Assembly (NCBI GenBank): GCA_043820045.1
Contig: JBDREF010000377.1
Span: 1 to 60,735, forward strand
Length of the DNA stretch: 60,735 nt
DNA from: Planctomycetota bacterium
GTDB taxonomy: Bacteria; Planctomycetota; Phycisphaerae; Sedimentisphaerales; Anaerobacaceae
Direction: 5' to 3'
The notes below the pieces were generated by a model. It worked only from the letters and a program-made list of their open reading frames with translations. It did not search any database and had not been told where the DNA came from. The position numbers and the translations under genes were made by a program. Shown here in pieces: positions 60,449-60,735 of the stretch (positions within the stretch are counted from its first letter, which is position 1; the number at the start of each line of letters is the position of its first letter).

Positions 60449-60735
60449 ATGAAAGCCCTCGTTTTGAAATCTGCCGAGCAGGTCGAAGTGATGGATGTGC
60501 CGAGCCCGGAGCTTTCAGCCGGCCACGTGCTCATCCGGGTCTCTAAATGCGGCGTATGCGGCAGCGATGTTCGCTACTTTCACGGCGAGAACCCCTGGGC
60601 CAAGCAGACTCTCGGCCGTCACGTTGACAATCCGCCGAATATAATCCTCGGCCACGAGCTTACGGGCGTCGTCTGCGAGGTCTTCGACAAGGCCGATGCT
60701 CATCTGGTCGGCAAGCGTGTCGGTGTTAATACCTT
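60449..60735 (+). CDS. Zn-dependent alcohol/polyol dehydrogenase (MDR family), truncated at the 3' end by the window
   Basis: MKALVLKSAEQVEVMDVPSPELSAGHVLIRVSKCGVCGSDVRYFHG...LGHELTGVV is the GroES-like N-terminal domain with its catalytic Zn ligands. Confidence 0.85.
   Translation, partial: MKALVLKSAEQVEVMDVPSPELSAGHVLIRVSKCGVCGSDVRYFHGENPWAKQTLGRHVDNPPNIILGHELTGVVCEVFDKADAHLVGKRVGVNT

Overview
This 60.7 kb window is mostly core bacterial genome. About 36 kb, almost all on the minus strand, is the translation and transcription gene block. In transcription order (high to low coordinates) it reads: tRNA-Thr(GGU)-tuf-rpmG-tRNA-Trp-secE-nusG-rplKAJL-rpoBC. A divergent two-gene insert follows. 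Then come rpsL-rpsG-fusA, a 0.58 kb non-coding spacer, and the S10/spc/alpha operons (rpsJ through rplQ, including secY-adk-map-infA-rpmJ). The block ends with a HIT hydrolase, an initiator tRNA-fMet and a strong intrinsic terminator.

The right third holds housekeeping and carbohydrate genes: a CE15-like esterase, xerD, galE, a ROK glucokinase, ackA-pta, a PIG-L deacetylase, an EEP phosphatase, larE, an SDR, a sulfatase, a HAD hydrolase and an alcohol dehydrogenase. It also holds a ~4 kb low-GC accessory patch (about 52.7-56.6 kb) next to tRNA-Thr(CGU). That patch carries a decayed BrnT/BrnA-like module, a DUF4160/DUF2442 pair, a frameshifted gene, orphan genes and an overlapping nucleotidyltransferase pair.

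I found no rRNA, no CRISPR array and no coherent multi-gene novel system. The best leads are:
- A perfect consensus extended promoter driving an unlisted 59-codon basic peptide with a CSCNSCGCGC tail, followed by an acidic membrane protein, wedged between rpsL and rpoC.
- Ribosomal protein L22 carrying an XRE-type helix-turn-helix-like N-terminal domain.
- The 0.5 kb leader upstream of rpsJ.
- A tRNA-Thr whose 3' end lies 4 nt from the larE start codon.
- The decaying toxin-antitoxin island.

Extended ribosomal proteins, the absence of L30 and Tat-signal sulfatases suggest a Planctomycetota/PVC-like organism; this is inference only. All product calls rest on recognising motifs by eye; no searches were run.
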